64,000 nucleotides of DNA from an uncultured Bdellovibrio sp. (lineage in GTDB: Bacteria; Bdellovibrionota; Bdellovibrionia; Bdellovibrionales; Bdellovibrionaceae): contig CAWVRN010000004.1 of the NCBI GenBank assembly GCA_963932905.1, forward strand, positions 1 to 64,000, written 5' to 3'. Below the pieces are notes generated by a model. That model saw only the letters and a program-made list of their open reading frames with translations. It did not search any database and was not told where the DNA came from. The position numbers and the translations under genes are program-made. Shown here one piece after another: positions 9,754-18,837 of this stretch (position 1 is its first letter; each line of letters opens with the position of its first letter).

Positions 9754-11133
9754 ATGATTATTCACATCTTTTTTTTATTTCTCTCACTGCTAAGTCTGAG
9801 CTTGCGTGCGGACGTGGATTTGAAAAATGGCAACTTTTTCTATTCATGGATCGACGCCGATTTGTCATCAAAAAATTTTTTTTGGCAATTACAACGTACT
9901 TATAATAGCCGTGTAAACCGTGTTGGTTATTTTGGTCAAGGCTGGTGCTCACCTTTAGAAACAAAACTCACACGTTCAGCAGAATTAAAAAAAACGATCG
10001 AAATTCAAAATTGTGGTAGCGGCGAAAGCATTATCTATCAACCCGACGGCATAGAGTGGCGATCTGGCGATCAAGTCATCAGCATGAACGAAGAATTCTA
10101 TATTTTGAAAGTGAAAGGCGTCACTCAGCTACAGTTCAACAAAAATGGGACTTTAGATGCTTTTTGGCTTCGCGATGAAAAAGCTAAACTGAAATATCAG
10201 GACGATCGATTAAATCGTTTGGAAACACTGGCGGGAAATTTCAATTTCGTGTTCGATGAAGATGGCAAAGTAATTGAGATAAACTCAAACGCCGGCAGTA
10301 GTGTAAAGTACTCATATAGTGGCACCGATTTAGTGTCAGTAACTAATGCCTGGGGGAACCAGTTTAGTTATCAATACGACAAATTTGGGAATATGACTTT
10401 AGCAAAATGGCCGGATAAGTCCTTTTTGAAATTGAAATATGATACCCGTCGGGACTGGATCACAAGTCTAACGGACCGAGATGGATGCGCTGAGCACTAT
10501 GAATATGATTCAAAAAAAATCAAAGAGGGCTTGAAGATAACGTCCACCGTTCTTCGCACCTGTAAAAAGAAAACTTTCGATAAAAAAACTATGGAGATTG
10601 TTTTCGATAACCAAAACAATTTAAAAAATGTCAAAAAATCTATTGGTAAATCATGGAAGCAAGTAGAGTACAACTCCCTGGGCAAACCCAAAAAAATTAG
10701 CGACAACTTTGGATTAGCCCAAGTTTTCGACTATGATAAAAATGGAAACTTAATTTTAAAACAAAATGGCTCTGAAAAAACTCAATTCGTTTTAAACGAA
10801 AAAAGCCAGATTACTCAAGTAAACTCAGAAAAAGTAAAACTAAACCTTGACTATGACGACCGCGGTCGCCCGTCTCGTATCATAGCAAGCTATGATGCCA
10901 CATCAAAAGAGTTAGCTATCTCTTATATCGATACGACCGAGAAACTAAAAACACTAGAGCTCAAAGGATCTGGCCGAATTGACTATAGATACGACAATGA
11001 GGGCGCAGTCAGTGATACCACGGTGAAGGCAATTAAAACTTCAGAGCAAGAATTAAAAGCAAATGTAAATAGAGTTTATGGGATCTATACAACTTTGACA
11101 GATGAAGCTGCTATTTTTGGAGGTTTAGATTGA
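9754..11133 (+). CDS. Secreted DUF6531/YD (RHS)-repeat protein without toxin tip, Bd0109-like
   Basis: Signal peptide; VDLKNGNF, RTYNSR, GYFGQGWCS..ET; many YDxxG repeats; no DPxG core/tip boundary. Confidence 0.8.
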   Translation: MIIHIFFLFLSLLSLSLRADVDLKNGNFFYSWIDADLSSKNFFWQLQRTYNSRVNRVGYFGQGWCSPLETKLTRSAELKKTIEIQNCGSGESIIYQPDGIEWRSGDQVISMNEEFYILKVKGVTQLQFNKNGTLDAFWLRDEKAKLKYQDDRLNRLETLAGNFNFVFDEDGKVIEINSNAGSSVKYSYSGTDLVSVTNAWGNQFSYQYDKFGNMTLAKWPDKSFLKLKYDTRRDWITSLTDRDGCAEHYEYDSKKIKEGLKITSTVLRTCKKKTFDKKTMEIVFDNQNNLKNVKKSIGKSWKQVEYNSLGKPKKISDNFGLAQVFDYDKNGNLILKQNGSEKTQFVLNEKSQITQVNSEKVKLNLDYDDRGRPSRIIASYDATSKELAISYIDTTEKLKTLELKGSGRIDYRYDNEGAVSDTTVKAIKTSEQELKANVNRVYGIYTTLTDEAAIFGGLD

Positions 11134-11387
11134 AATCTATTTTAGCACTTGCCACCTGTTTAGTATTTTCATTTTCCGTAAATGCAGCAGAAACAAAGCG
11201 TAAAGATCCAAATTTAAATAAGACAACCAGTAATGCTACAGCTATTGCTCCAGGATGTACCGAATTCGTTCATCCCTGCTCAGGTCAAGCAGCAACTGCC
11301 TTGCTCAATTCGATCACAACTCCGATCAGTAAAGTCTCGCTCCCAATCCCTGCAGCTAGCTCAAGTAAAGGCGGAAGGGTTAAGTGA
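11130..11387 (+). CDS. Small secreted low-complexity protein with two Cys (possibly Bd0108/Hit-like)
   Basis: TTG start with GGAGG RBS overlapping the upstream stop; signal peptide ending VNA; S/T/A/P-rich. Confidence 0.7.
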   Translation: MKSILALATCLVFSFSVNAAETKRKDPNLNKTTSNATAIAPGCTEFVHPCSGQAATALLNSITTPISKVSLPIPAASSSKGGRVK

Positions 11388-14300
11388 TCCGTCTTTACAA
11401 ATTCATCTTATTTTTAATTCTATTCTGCTTGCGACTCTACGCCGCTGGTCCTTTTTGCCCATCTGCGCCTGCGAACTGTTCATTTAAAAATGTAGAAGAA
11501 GGATTGAAGGAACTAAAAGAGGAACGATTTTTTGGTTTACTAAAAAGTCCCAATTCTGTGTGCAAAGGCCACCTTATGCAAGGAATTAAGCCTGAAGCCG
11601 TTCTACCTGAACTCATGGCAGATCCCAGATTCACTGCCTACATTACACCCCAAATTTCACAATGCTGGAAAGAGGGCGGATCCAATTCAGGAAAACTAGA
11701 AGCGTTAAGTCGCTACGCCTACATTCAAAAGCGATTTGATGACAACGCAGACAATCTACTAGATTACCAGGTATTTGCCGATGCTGTTCTTGGTAACGAA
11801 CCACTTTCCGGTCTAGATTGCAAAAAGGAAGCACCCGAATTAGCAAGATTCGTTACTAAATGCCAAGAACTGAAATCAACATGCAAAAAATCCGATATGG
11901 CAAAAACCTTGGCCCAAAGTTTTATTGACGATTACAAATCTCAAGACATCAAAAATATTGAAAATCGTCTTAATGAAGCGAAAAAAATTTGGGATGGATG
12001 TAGTCCTCGCCAAAAAGCAGGAAAAAATTGCCAGGATGCCAAAAAGGAAATGGGACAGACCGCGTTTCGTTTACAAGTTTTCTATGCCAACTATCCTTGG
12101 GCCCAAGAAGACAAATTTTTAGAAGTTACCGGTAAACGTGGATTTGACGATGTCGATCTGGTCACCAAAGCTTTAAAAACACAGGTGGCAGACAATAGTA
12201 AAAATGTTTCTAAGCAATTAAAAGAACTAACGACCGCATCCCAATGTCTTTTAAGAAACAATTGCGATTCCGAAAAAGTAAACGATGTCTTGGAACGCAC
12301 TAAGCCACTCGCCGATCAATATTTCCTGAAAAAAGGCGCATCTAAAGAATCCAATCAGAGTCGTGCAGCGGTTTCACAATTTGTTTCCTACAATAATTGC
12401 CTTGATGACATGGGTGAATCTCAACGAAAAACTTCAACAACATTATGGTCCTCTGGAATTGGTGCTGTGGGTGCGATTGCCACAATGGGCGGAAGTTTAG
12501 TCCTCACCGGATTAACTGCCGGCGGACGAGTGGCGATGGGGGCAGCGGCTGTTGGTAGTCGCACTGCCTCAGTCGGAAAAGCCGCTTTAACGCTAGGACA
12601 AGCCGTCGACGGGACCGTAACTGCTCAATCTGTCTATGAAGCCTCCGGGCATTGCGGCAGCAAGTCTACCGGATATTTTAAACAAGCAGAAAAATCGGCC
12701 GGTCCACAAGCCTGTGGGATACCGACGGCAGGGCAAATGCAGTTTAAGAAAGAATATGACGGTTGTGTTCTAGATATCATTCTTGGTGTCGGTGGTGGTA
12801 GCGGTTTACTGATTGGTTTAAAAAATGCGAACAAGGCAAAACGTTTAGCTGCAGAAGCGGATCAAGCCGCAAGTACCGCTCGCGTGACTTCAAATGTGCC
12901 AACGCCACCCCCTTCTAAACCAACTAATGTAGGATCTGGGACTTCAACCACTACCTCCCAGACCGTCGCAGAGGCAGAAAAAGCAGCTGTCGCATCTACA
13001 GTTGCGGACAAAGTGGAAAAAGCGACAACAAAAGTAACTTCGACTAGCGAGAACGCAGCCAAAGGAACGAACCCCCTTGAATCGATTTCACCAACAACAA
13101 ATACTGAAAAAGCAGCACCGACTAAGCTTGTTACCGATGGCGACTATATTTCTATTCAGTCTGCCGACAATAAAAAACAAGCCGCACTCGTCCTGCAAAC
13201 TCAAGAAAGTGCCACAGGCACTCTTTACCAAGTCGCAACTAAATCAGGTGATGGAAAAATTGTAAAAAAATGGATTGGTCAAAAAGAACTTGAAGGAATG
13301 AAGCCGCGTCTAAGCGATGCTTCTAAAAATATATTTTCGTCATCGAATATTAATAAAGATTTAGCTCAATCTGCGGTTCAAAACATTTCCCGTGGTTCAC
13401 CACCAGAAAAAGTGCGAGCGCTCGTAGGAAAATTAAATGATGTTTATGATGGTGGGGAAGCACGCCTTAAGATTGCTAGCAAACTAATTGGCAGGGAACT
13501 CAACGATGCCGAGAAAAAATGGATTATGGCTGCGCACAATACTCACGCTGATAAGGGGTATGGCAGTATTGGCTCAACACGAGTTCGTGATAAAATCAAT
13601 GCTGGTGAAGGACGTCCAAAATCGTTAGATAACAAAAACACACGCCTATTAATGGAAAATGGAATAATGGGTTCCGAATCAGGCGCCCAGGTGACTAGCC
13701 GAGCACCAATTCCAAATAGTCGACTCAATGGAACAGATAACTATACATTGGTAAACGGAGATAACTCATTAGACGTGCGCATCACTCAATCCGGAGTGAA
13801 AGATGGTGTCATATACCACAGAGTGGAAGTTCCGGGATATCCACCTGATAAAGCTCGCATTATGACAGAAGACCAATTACTAGGATTCATCAAACCAAAA
13901 ACGGAGGCCACAGCCGCCAGAGTAGAATCCACAGCTACCCGAGTGGAATCTGCCGCAGCCCGAGTCGACACCACACCGACGACGCCGCTTCGTCCTGAAT
14001 CACGATCACTCAATGCTTCAGCTGCTAACGACATCGAAGCAATAAATCAGGCTGAAATGAAAACAGTCACTAACCGAAATCGAGTGGAACATCTCAATGG
14101 CCAAGCGACTACTAAGCCAGAGCGCATGCGTGAGGTTTATGGCACCAATTTAGGTATAACCGATGCAAATCGCCGAGCCGCCATTGCGTATGCTCCTGTG
14201 GCCGAAGCCAAAACAATGACCTCTGCCCTACAGAAGGCTCTAGGAGCCGATTCTAAAGTTAACATTAAACAATTGCGACAAACAATGAGTTTCAATCCAT

Positions 14301-15862
14301 CTAGCGGCTATGTTTCGACAAATGAATTCGCAAATGCTGCTAAATTTGTTGAAGAAATTAATGCAAAAGGAGGAGTCAAAGCGCTTGATAAATTACCTCT
14401 CAGCGCGAGCGAACGGGAAGCTCTGAATGCTGTGATGGCTCGAGCTCCCTCCTACGCAAGTTATGTAGACCCAAAAGTTCGGTCTTTGGGCCAAGTTAAA
14501 ATCAGAAAATCACCTGTTGAAGCAACGAATCCAAATCGCGATGTTGTGGTCACGGATGCACAAGGACAAACGGTTCAAGGCAAAGAGACTATTAGACAAT
14601 TGAACGCTGAAGGTGAACAACTATCAACTGTGAGGTACACGAAACCTGACGGCACAGAAACAAGCATCACGGTTCGTACTTCACAAACCATGGATGTTGC
14701 CGAAGCTCAACGATTACAAAACTATGACCGAGCTCTAACCGAAAGAGCCAATGCTAATCGAGCAGCTCGAATTACCGCCAGCGAGCAACCTACGTATGTT
14801 AACCCCCATGGTGTTCCGCGTGCGGATATTAGTCCTACCCGCGAAGTAAAAGTTAAGGTTCAGACACTGGACGGTGTAAAAGAGGTTGAAGCCGTTGTTC
14901 AAGGTGCCCCATTCAAAGGAGTTAAAGGAACTCAAGAAGTCCAAGTTCGTTATCAAGATGGTGTTCTAAATGGCAAACCTGTCATCAAATATGCATCAGT
15001 TGCTATTGACGAGATCGAACAGGTAAAACCGATTGTCAAAGTAGTTGAAACCCCGGCACCCGCCGTTGTTTTCAAACCTATCAATGAAACTATTCTCAGA
15101 CCAGCTGACAAGGCCATAGATGCTGCCTCTCACGAAGGTCAAACATTTAGGCGAGCCGCCGATTCTGAAGGCGCCGATATTTTGTTAGATCGACGTATCG
15201 GAGAACGTGCTCACGTTGAGGCGTTACAAAGATCGGTCAAAGACGATCAACTACTGCTTAGGGAAGCTCAATTGTCTGATCGAAATGCTCAGTATGTTTC
15301 CCAAATAGGAAACACCTCGGATCCGCGTTTTAATCCTCGTGCGTTCTATGCCCATCAATCAAGCGAGTACCAATCGGCCATGAGTGCCCCCAAAGGTAGT
15401 CCGGCTGCTTCGCTTCGAGAACAAGCAGAGATGGCCTTTAAAGGCAGAATAAGTTACGATGCTAGCGGCAACGCTGTCAGAACGGGATCGGCTCGTGACG
15501 TTGCAATCAGAACGGCGCGGGCGCGCGGTATGCCGGAAGAAGAAATTGCGAAATTAGAAAAATGGATGAATGACTACGATCAAGCGGCCCCTCGTGTTCG
15601 TGCCGTTGAACGTGCTGAAGCCGCACAAAAAGAGTACGAGGCACTGAAACCAATTCTGCAAAAAGCCCTAAGAAACGACTCCGGCGTTCAAATTATTCCA
15701 CAATCTACATTTGAAAAAATGGCACAAAGTCTGAACGACATTATGTTAACACCGGAACAGAAAAAAGCGGCAGAAGTGGCTCTTAAAAAAATTCGCTGTG
15801 CCAGGCCCGAGTGGAAAATTCGAGATAATCAGTTCTCAACTTTTAATTTGAAGTGCGATTAG
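11384..15862 (+). CDS. Giant secreted mosaic protein (Cys-rich N-terminus, Gly/Ala hydrophobic segment, multi-module C-terminus)
   Basis: 1492-aa ORF with GTGA overlap to the upstream gene; signal peptide; function unknown. Confidence 0.85.
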   Translation: MIRLYKFILFLILFCLRLYAAGPFCPSAPANCSFKNVEEGLKELKEERFFGLLKSPNSVCKGHLMQGIKPEAVLPELMADPRFTAYITPQISQCWKEGGSNSGKLEALSRYAYIQKRFDDNADNLLDYQVFADAVLGNEPLSGLDCKKEAPELARFVTKCQELKSTCKKSDMAKTLAQSFIDDYKSQDIKNIENRLNEAKKIWDGCSPRQKAGKNCQDAKKEMGQTAFRLQVFYANYPWAQEDKFLEVTGKRGFDDVDLVTKALKTQVADNSKNVSKQLKELTTASQCLLRNNCDSEKVNDVLERTKPLADQYFLKKGASKESNQSRAAVSQFVSYNNCLDDMGESQRKTSTTLWSSGIGAVGAIATMGGSLVLTGLTAGGRVAMGAAAVGSRTASVGKAALTLGQAVDGTVTAQSVYEASGHCGSKSTGYFKQAEKSAGPQACGIPTAGQMQFKKEYDGCVLDIILGVGGGSGLLIGLKNANKAKRLAAEADQAASTARVTSNVPTPPPSKPTNVGSGTSTTTSQTVAEAEKAAVASTVADKVEKATTKVTSTSENAAKGTNPLESISPTTNTEKAAPTKLVTDGDYISIQSADNKKQAALVLQTQESATGTLYQVATKSGDGKIVKKWIGQKELEGMKPRLSDASKNIFSSSNINKDLAQSAVQNISRGSPPEKVRALVGKLNDVYDGGEARLKIASKLIGRELNDAEKKWIMAAHNTHADKGYGSIGSTRVRDKINAGEGRPKSLDNKNTRLLMENGIMGSESGAQVTSRAPIPNSRLNGTDNYTLVNGDNSLDVRITQSGVKDGVIYHRVEVPGYPPDKARIMTEDQLLGFIKPKTEATAARVESTATRVESAAARVDTTPTTPLRPESRSLNASAANDIEAINQAEMKTVTNRNRVEHLNGQATTKPERMREVYGTNLGITDANRRAAIAYAPVAEAKTMTSALQKALGADSKVNIKQLRQTMSFNPSSGYVSTNEFANAAKFVEEINAKGGVKALDKLPLSASEREALNAVMARAPSYASYVDPKVRSLGQVKIRKSPVEATNPNRDVVVTDAQGQTVQGKETIRQLNAEGEQLSTVRYTKPDGTETSITVRTSQTMDVAEAQRLQNYDRALTERANANRAARITASEQPTYVNPHGVPRADISPTREVKVKVQTLDGVKEVEAVVQGAPFKGVKGTQEVQVRYQDGVLNGKPVIKYASVAIDEIEQVKPIVKVVETPAPAVVFKPINETILRPADKAIDAASHEGQTFRRAADSEGADILLDRRIGERAHVEALQRSVKDDQLLLREAQLSDRNAQYVSQIGNTSDPRFNPRAFYAHQSSEYQSAMSAPKGSPAASLREQAEMAFKGRISYDASGNAVRTGSARDVAIRTARARGMPEEEIAKLEKWMNDYDQAAPRVRAVERAEAAQKEYEALKPILQKALRNDSGVQIIPQSTFEKMAQSLNDIMLTPEQKKAAEVALKKIRCARPEWKIRDNQFSTFNLKCD
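13907..13969 (+). repeat. Three imperfect 21-nt tandem repeats in the giant ORF
   Basis: Encodes ATAARVE-STATRVE-SAAARVD. Confidence 0.7.
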
Positions 15863-16790
15863 AACTTTCTAGTCGCCGTTTAACTTGATTCATCTTTTTG
15901 TAAAGTGATCGATACGCCCTACTTTTTCCAAATAGCGAAAATAAAAAACGTTTTGTCCACGGAGTGCGAATTAAATAGAACAGCATAAAAGCGACGGCCA
16001 AACTTCGGCAAACAAACCAAACAATATTCATCGTGGTTGTACCTTGAAAGAAATGAAATAAAACCATCAATACTAAACTAACGAAGAAAAATGGATTCGC
16101 TAGATCTCGGCCGGCTCGCTTAAAACTAGAAACACCGTCCAAACTGGTCGAAGAGATCAGAATCTTCGATCGCCAAAGTGTCAATTTTTCTTCATCCAGA
16201 GACCACTCGATATCTGCATTTTTTTTGAAGGTCAAATACAGCACAATTCCAATCGCAACGATCACCTTTAACAACCAGTATGAAAAGAACACCCAATAGA
16301 TGTTTAAATGTGTATACGCTGTCATTTCTTTCTGAAAAAACTCGATCATTTTAAAAAAATCGAAACCGTAAACCAGTGTAAAGCCAACGGCGACTTGAAA
16401 AATACTCCAACTGACAAACAGAATCGCCCCTATTATCATCCCTGCCATGGTTCCACCTAAAATCACTGTGCCAAACCACAATAAAAACCCCTGCATAAAG
16501 ATAGCAATCATTGGCGTTATCTTTTTACCCATAGGCGAAAGTGTTTTTAGCAGTGCTACAATAACTGCGGTATTAAAAACTTGAACAGCTTTGGCTTTAT
16601 GACGAATCATCATCCCAAGGCAAATATACAGCTGATAGTAAGACAGCAAGGTTCCTGTAAAAGGAATTTTAAAACCATGACCCAAACTACCCACTACGAT
16701 CTCTACCAACGCCAAATGAGTCGCCGAATTGATTTCTAAATCCCTAGAAAATTTGTTGGGGTGAGAGTCTTGACTGTAGCCTGGATTCAT
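15843..16790 (-). CDS. Hypothetical multi-pass membrane protein
   Basis: 315-aa ORF with ~7 hydrophobic segments. Confidence 0.7.
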   Translation of the reverse strand: MNPGYSQDSHPNKFSRDLEINSATHLALVEIVVGSLGHGFKIPFTGTLLSYYQLYICLGMMIRHKAKAVQVFNTAVIVALLKTLSPMGKKITPMIAIFMQGFLLWFGTVILGGTMAGMIIGAILFVSWSIFQVAVGFTLVYGFDFFKMIEFFQKEMTAYTHLNIYWVFFSYWLLKVIVAIGIVLYLTFKKNADIEWSLDEEKLTLWRSKILISSTSLDGVSSFKRAGRDLANPFFFVSLVLMVLFHFFQGTTTMNIVWFVCRSLAVAFMLFYLIRTPWTKRFLFSLFGKSRAYRSLYKKMNQVKRRLESSNRTSN

Positions 16791-16876
16791 ATTTCACTCT
16801 AGGGTAATAATTTATAAGAACTCGGTATAGATGAAGTAATCTCTTTCGTCGAGTTTGTCTAGAGCGAGGACCGCAT

Positions 16877-17530
16877 ATGAAAATTCTTTCTGTAAATGTT
16901 GGCAAACCAAAAAAACATAGCCTAAACGGTCATGAAATTGAAACGTCAATGGTGAAAGAGCCTCAAAGTCAAATACATGTTAACAAGGACGCGATCGAAG
17001 GCGACGAATTCAAAAGTCCAAAGGCTCACGGCACAATCGATGCGGTGGTGTACGCCATGGAAAGTGAACGTTACAACTTTTGGAGCCAACTATGTGGTAA
17101 AAAACTGGCTTTAGGAATGTTAGGTGAAAACCTAAGTGTTGATAAATTGAATGAAGCTGACGTTTTCCTAGGTGATGAATATCAGTGTGGTGGTGTTATT
17201 ATCCGGGCTACAGGAGTACGCTACCCGTGTACACGTTTAAATTTTGTGACCGGTCATACGAATATGCGCGACGAATTTTTAAATCACGATTGGCCAGGTG
17301 TTTATTTCGAAGTCATTCAGCCGGGAACTATAAAGCCGATGGATGATCTAGTTCTAAAAAAACGACATCAAAATGAAATTTCGGTGCTAGACTTATATAA
17401 AACTTTACGAGCCGCCGAAAAAAAGAATTTATCTCAGGCTCAAATGGACAAACTCGTTAAATCCCCGTTCGTACTTGAAAAATACAAAGACAAACTCTAC
17501 AAAATCACTGGCCAAACAAAACCCAGCTAA
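16877..17530 (+). CDS. MOSC-domain protein (YiiM-like)
   Basis: ILSVNVG, GENL, R.PC..L, G.YF.VI.PG.I motifs. Confidence 0.85.
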   Translation: MKILSVNVGKPKKHSLNGHEIETSMVKEPQSQIHVNKDAIEGDEFKSPKAHGTIDAVVYAMESERYNFWSQLCGKKLALGMLGENLSVDKLNEADVFLGDEYQCGGVIIRATGVRYPCTRLNFVTGHTNMRDEFLNHDWPGVYFEVIQPGTIKPMDDLVLKKRHQNEISVLDLYKTLRAAEKKNLSQAQMDKLVKSPFVLEKYKDKLYKITGQTKPS

Positions 17531-18768
17531 ACAGGATTTTGAAATTCGCTGGATAGCGGCTCGTTTTCCCAGCGACTCACCACTACCGTGGCTACCGCAT
17601 TCCCCAAAAGATTCACTGTTGTTCGCGCCATATCCATAAACTCATCTACCCCTAGAATTAAAGGAATCGCTTCCAATGGCAGACCAAACGTCACCAGGGT
17701 ACCAGACAGAACAACTAATGAAGCCCGCGGAACCGCCGCTACACCTTTAGTTGTTAGCATCAAAAGTAACATCATCGAAATCTGCGTTCCAATTGATAAA
17801 TCAATATTCGCCGCTTGCGCTACAAATACCGATGACATCGCTAAATACAGCGTCGACCCATCTAAATTAAAACTATACCCTAATGGTAACACAAAACTGG
17901 ATACGCGATCAGGAACGCCCATTTTAGAAAGTGATTTCAGAGTATCAGGATACGCAGATTCACTAGAAGTCGTGGCAAATGCCAGCACCAGATTAGGACG
18001 AAGTTCGCGAAAGAAGGGCGCCAGTTTTATGCGGCTCCACTTCAATGCAGGTACCAACGCGATCATCACAAACACGATCAGAGCAAAATACAACGTCCCT
18101 ACTAGTTTGGACATTGGGATTAAAACCCCGATACCATGTTCACCGATAGCGGCCGCCATTGCAGCACCAACACCCAGCGGCGCCATCTTCATCACGATAT
18201 CGGTAAATTTAAACATGACTTGGTTCAAGCTTTCACACAACGCTAAAATTGGTTTACCTTTATCACCCGCCATCAATGTAGCAGATCCAAAAATAATAGA
18301 AAAAATTACGATTTGCAGAACATCGCCTTTTGCAATAGCTTCAACAAAGTTACTGGGCAGTAGATGTTCGACAAAAACCGCAAAGCTCATCTCAACTTTG
18401 GGAAGGGCCGCGGTTGCAGTATCGACAGATTTAACTAAGTTGATTCCTTTTCCCGGTTCAAAGTAATTTACAAAGGCAAGTCCAATGAACAATGCGATCG
18501 TAGTTGCCACTTCAAACCACACAATGGATTTGATTCCGATTTTACCCAAATTTTTCATGCTGGTCGCCGACCCAATACCGACTACGATAGATGAGAAAAT
18601 CAAAGGCGCAATAATACATTTTATCCCATGTAGAAACAAAGTTCTGATGGGTTTTAATTCTTTCGCAAATTCAGGGAAATAAACACCAACCACAAAACCT
18701 AAAACTAGAAAAACGAATATCCAAAATGTGATGCTATTGAATTTAAATGCCGACGGTTTTGTCCCCAT
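17527..18768 (-). CDS. Dicarboxylate/amino acid:cation symporter (GltP/DctA family)
   Basis: FATTSSES, VLPLGYSFNLDG, KGVAAVPR, DMARTTVN. Confidence 0.95.
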   Translation of the reverse strand: MGTKPSAFKFNSITFWIFVFLVLGFVVGVYFPEFAKELKPIRTLFLHGIKCIIAPLIFSSIVVGIGSATSMKNLGKIGIKSIVWFEVATTIALFIGLAFVNYFEPGKGINLVKSVDTATAALPKVEMSFAVFVEHLLPSNFVEAIAKGDVLQIVIFSIIFGSATLMAGDKGKPILALCESLNQVMFKFTDIVMKMAPLGVGAAMAAAIGEHGIGVLIPMSKLVGTLYFALIVFVMIALVPALKWSRIKLAPFFRELRPNLVLAFATTSSESAYPDTLKSLSKMGVPDRVSSFVLPLGYSFNLDGSTLYLAMSSVFVAQAANIDLSIGTQISMMLLLMLTTKGVAAVPRASLVVLSGTLVTFGLPLEAIPLILGVDEFMDMARTTVNLLGNAVATVVVSRWENEPLSSEFQNPV

Positions 18769-18837
18769 TGATCCCCCTCGAAATGTCCGGAAAATAGGAT
18801 CTACCCTAGCTTGATAAACAAAGCCAGGGCTATCTAG

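Noticed and set aside
17588..18466. 292-aa plus-strand ORF
   Set aside because: Antisense shadow of the clear GltP/DctA transporter, with no motifs of its own
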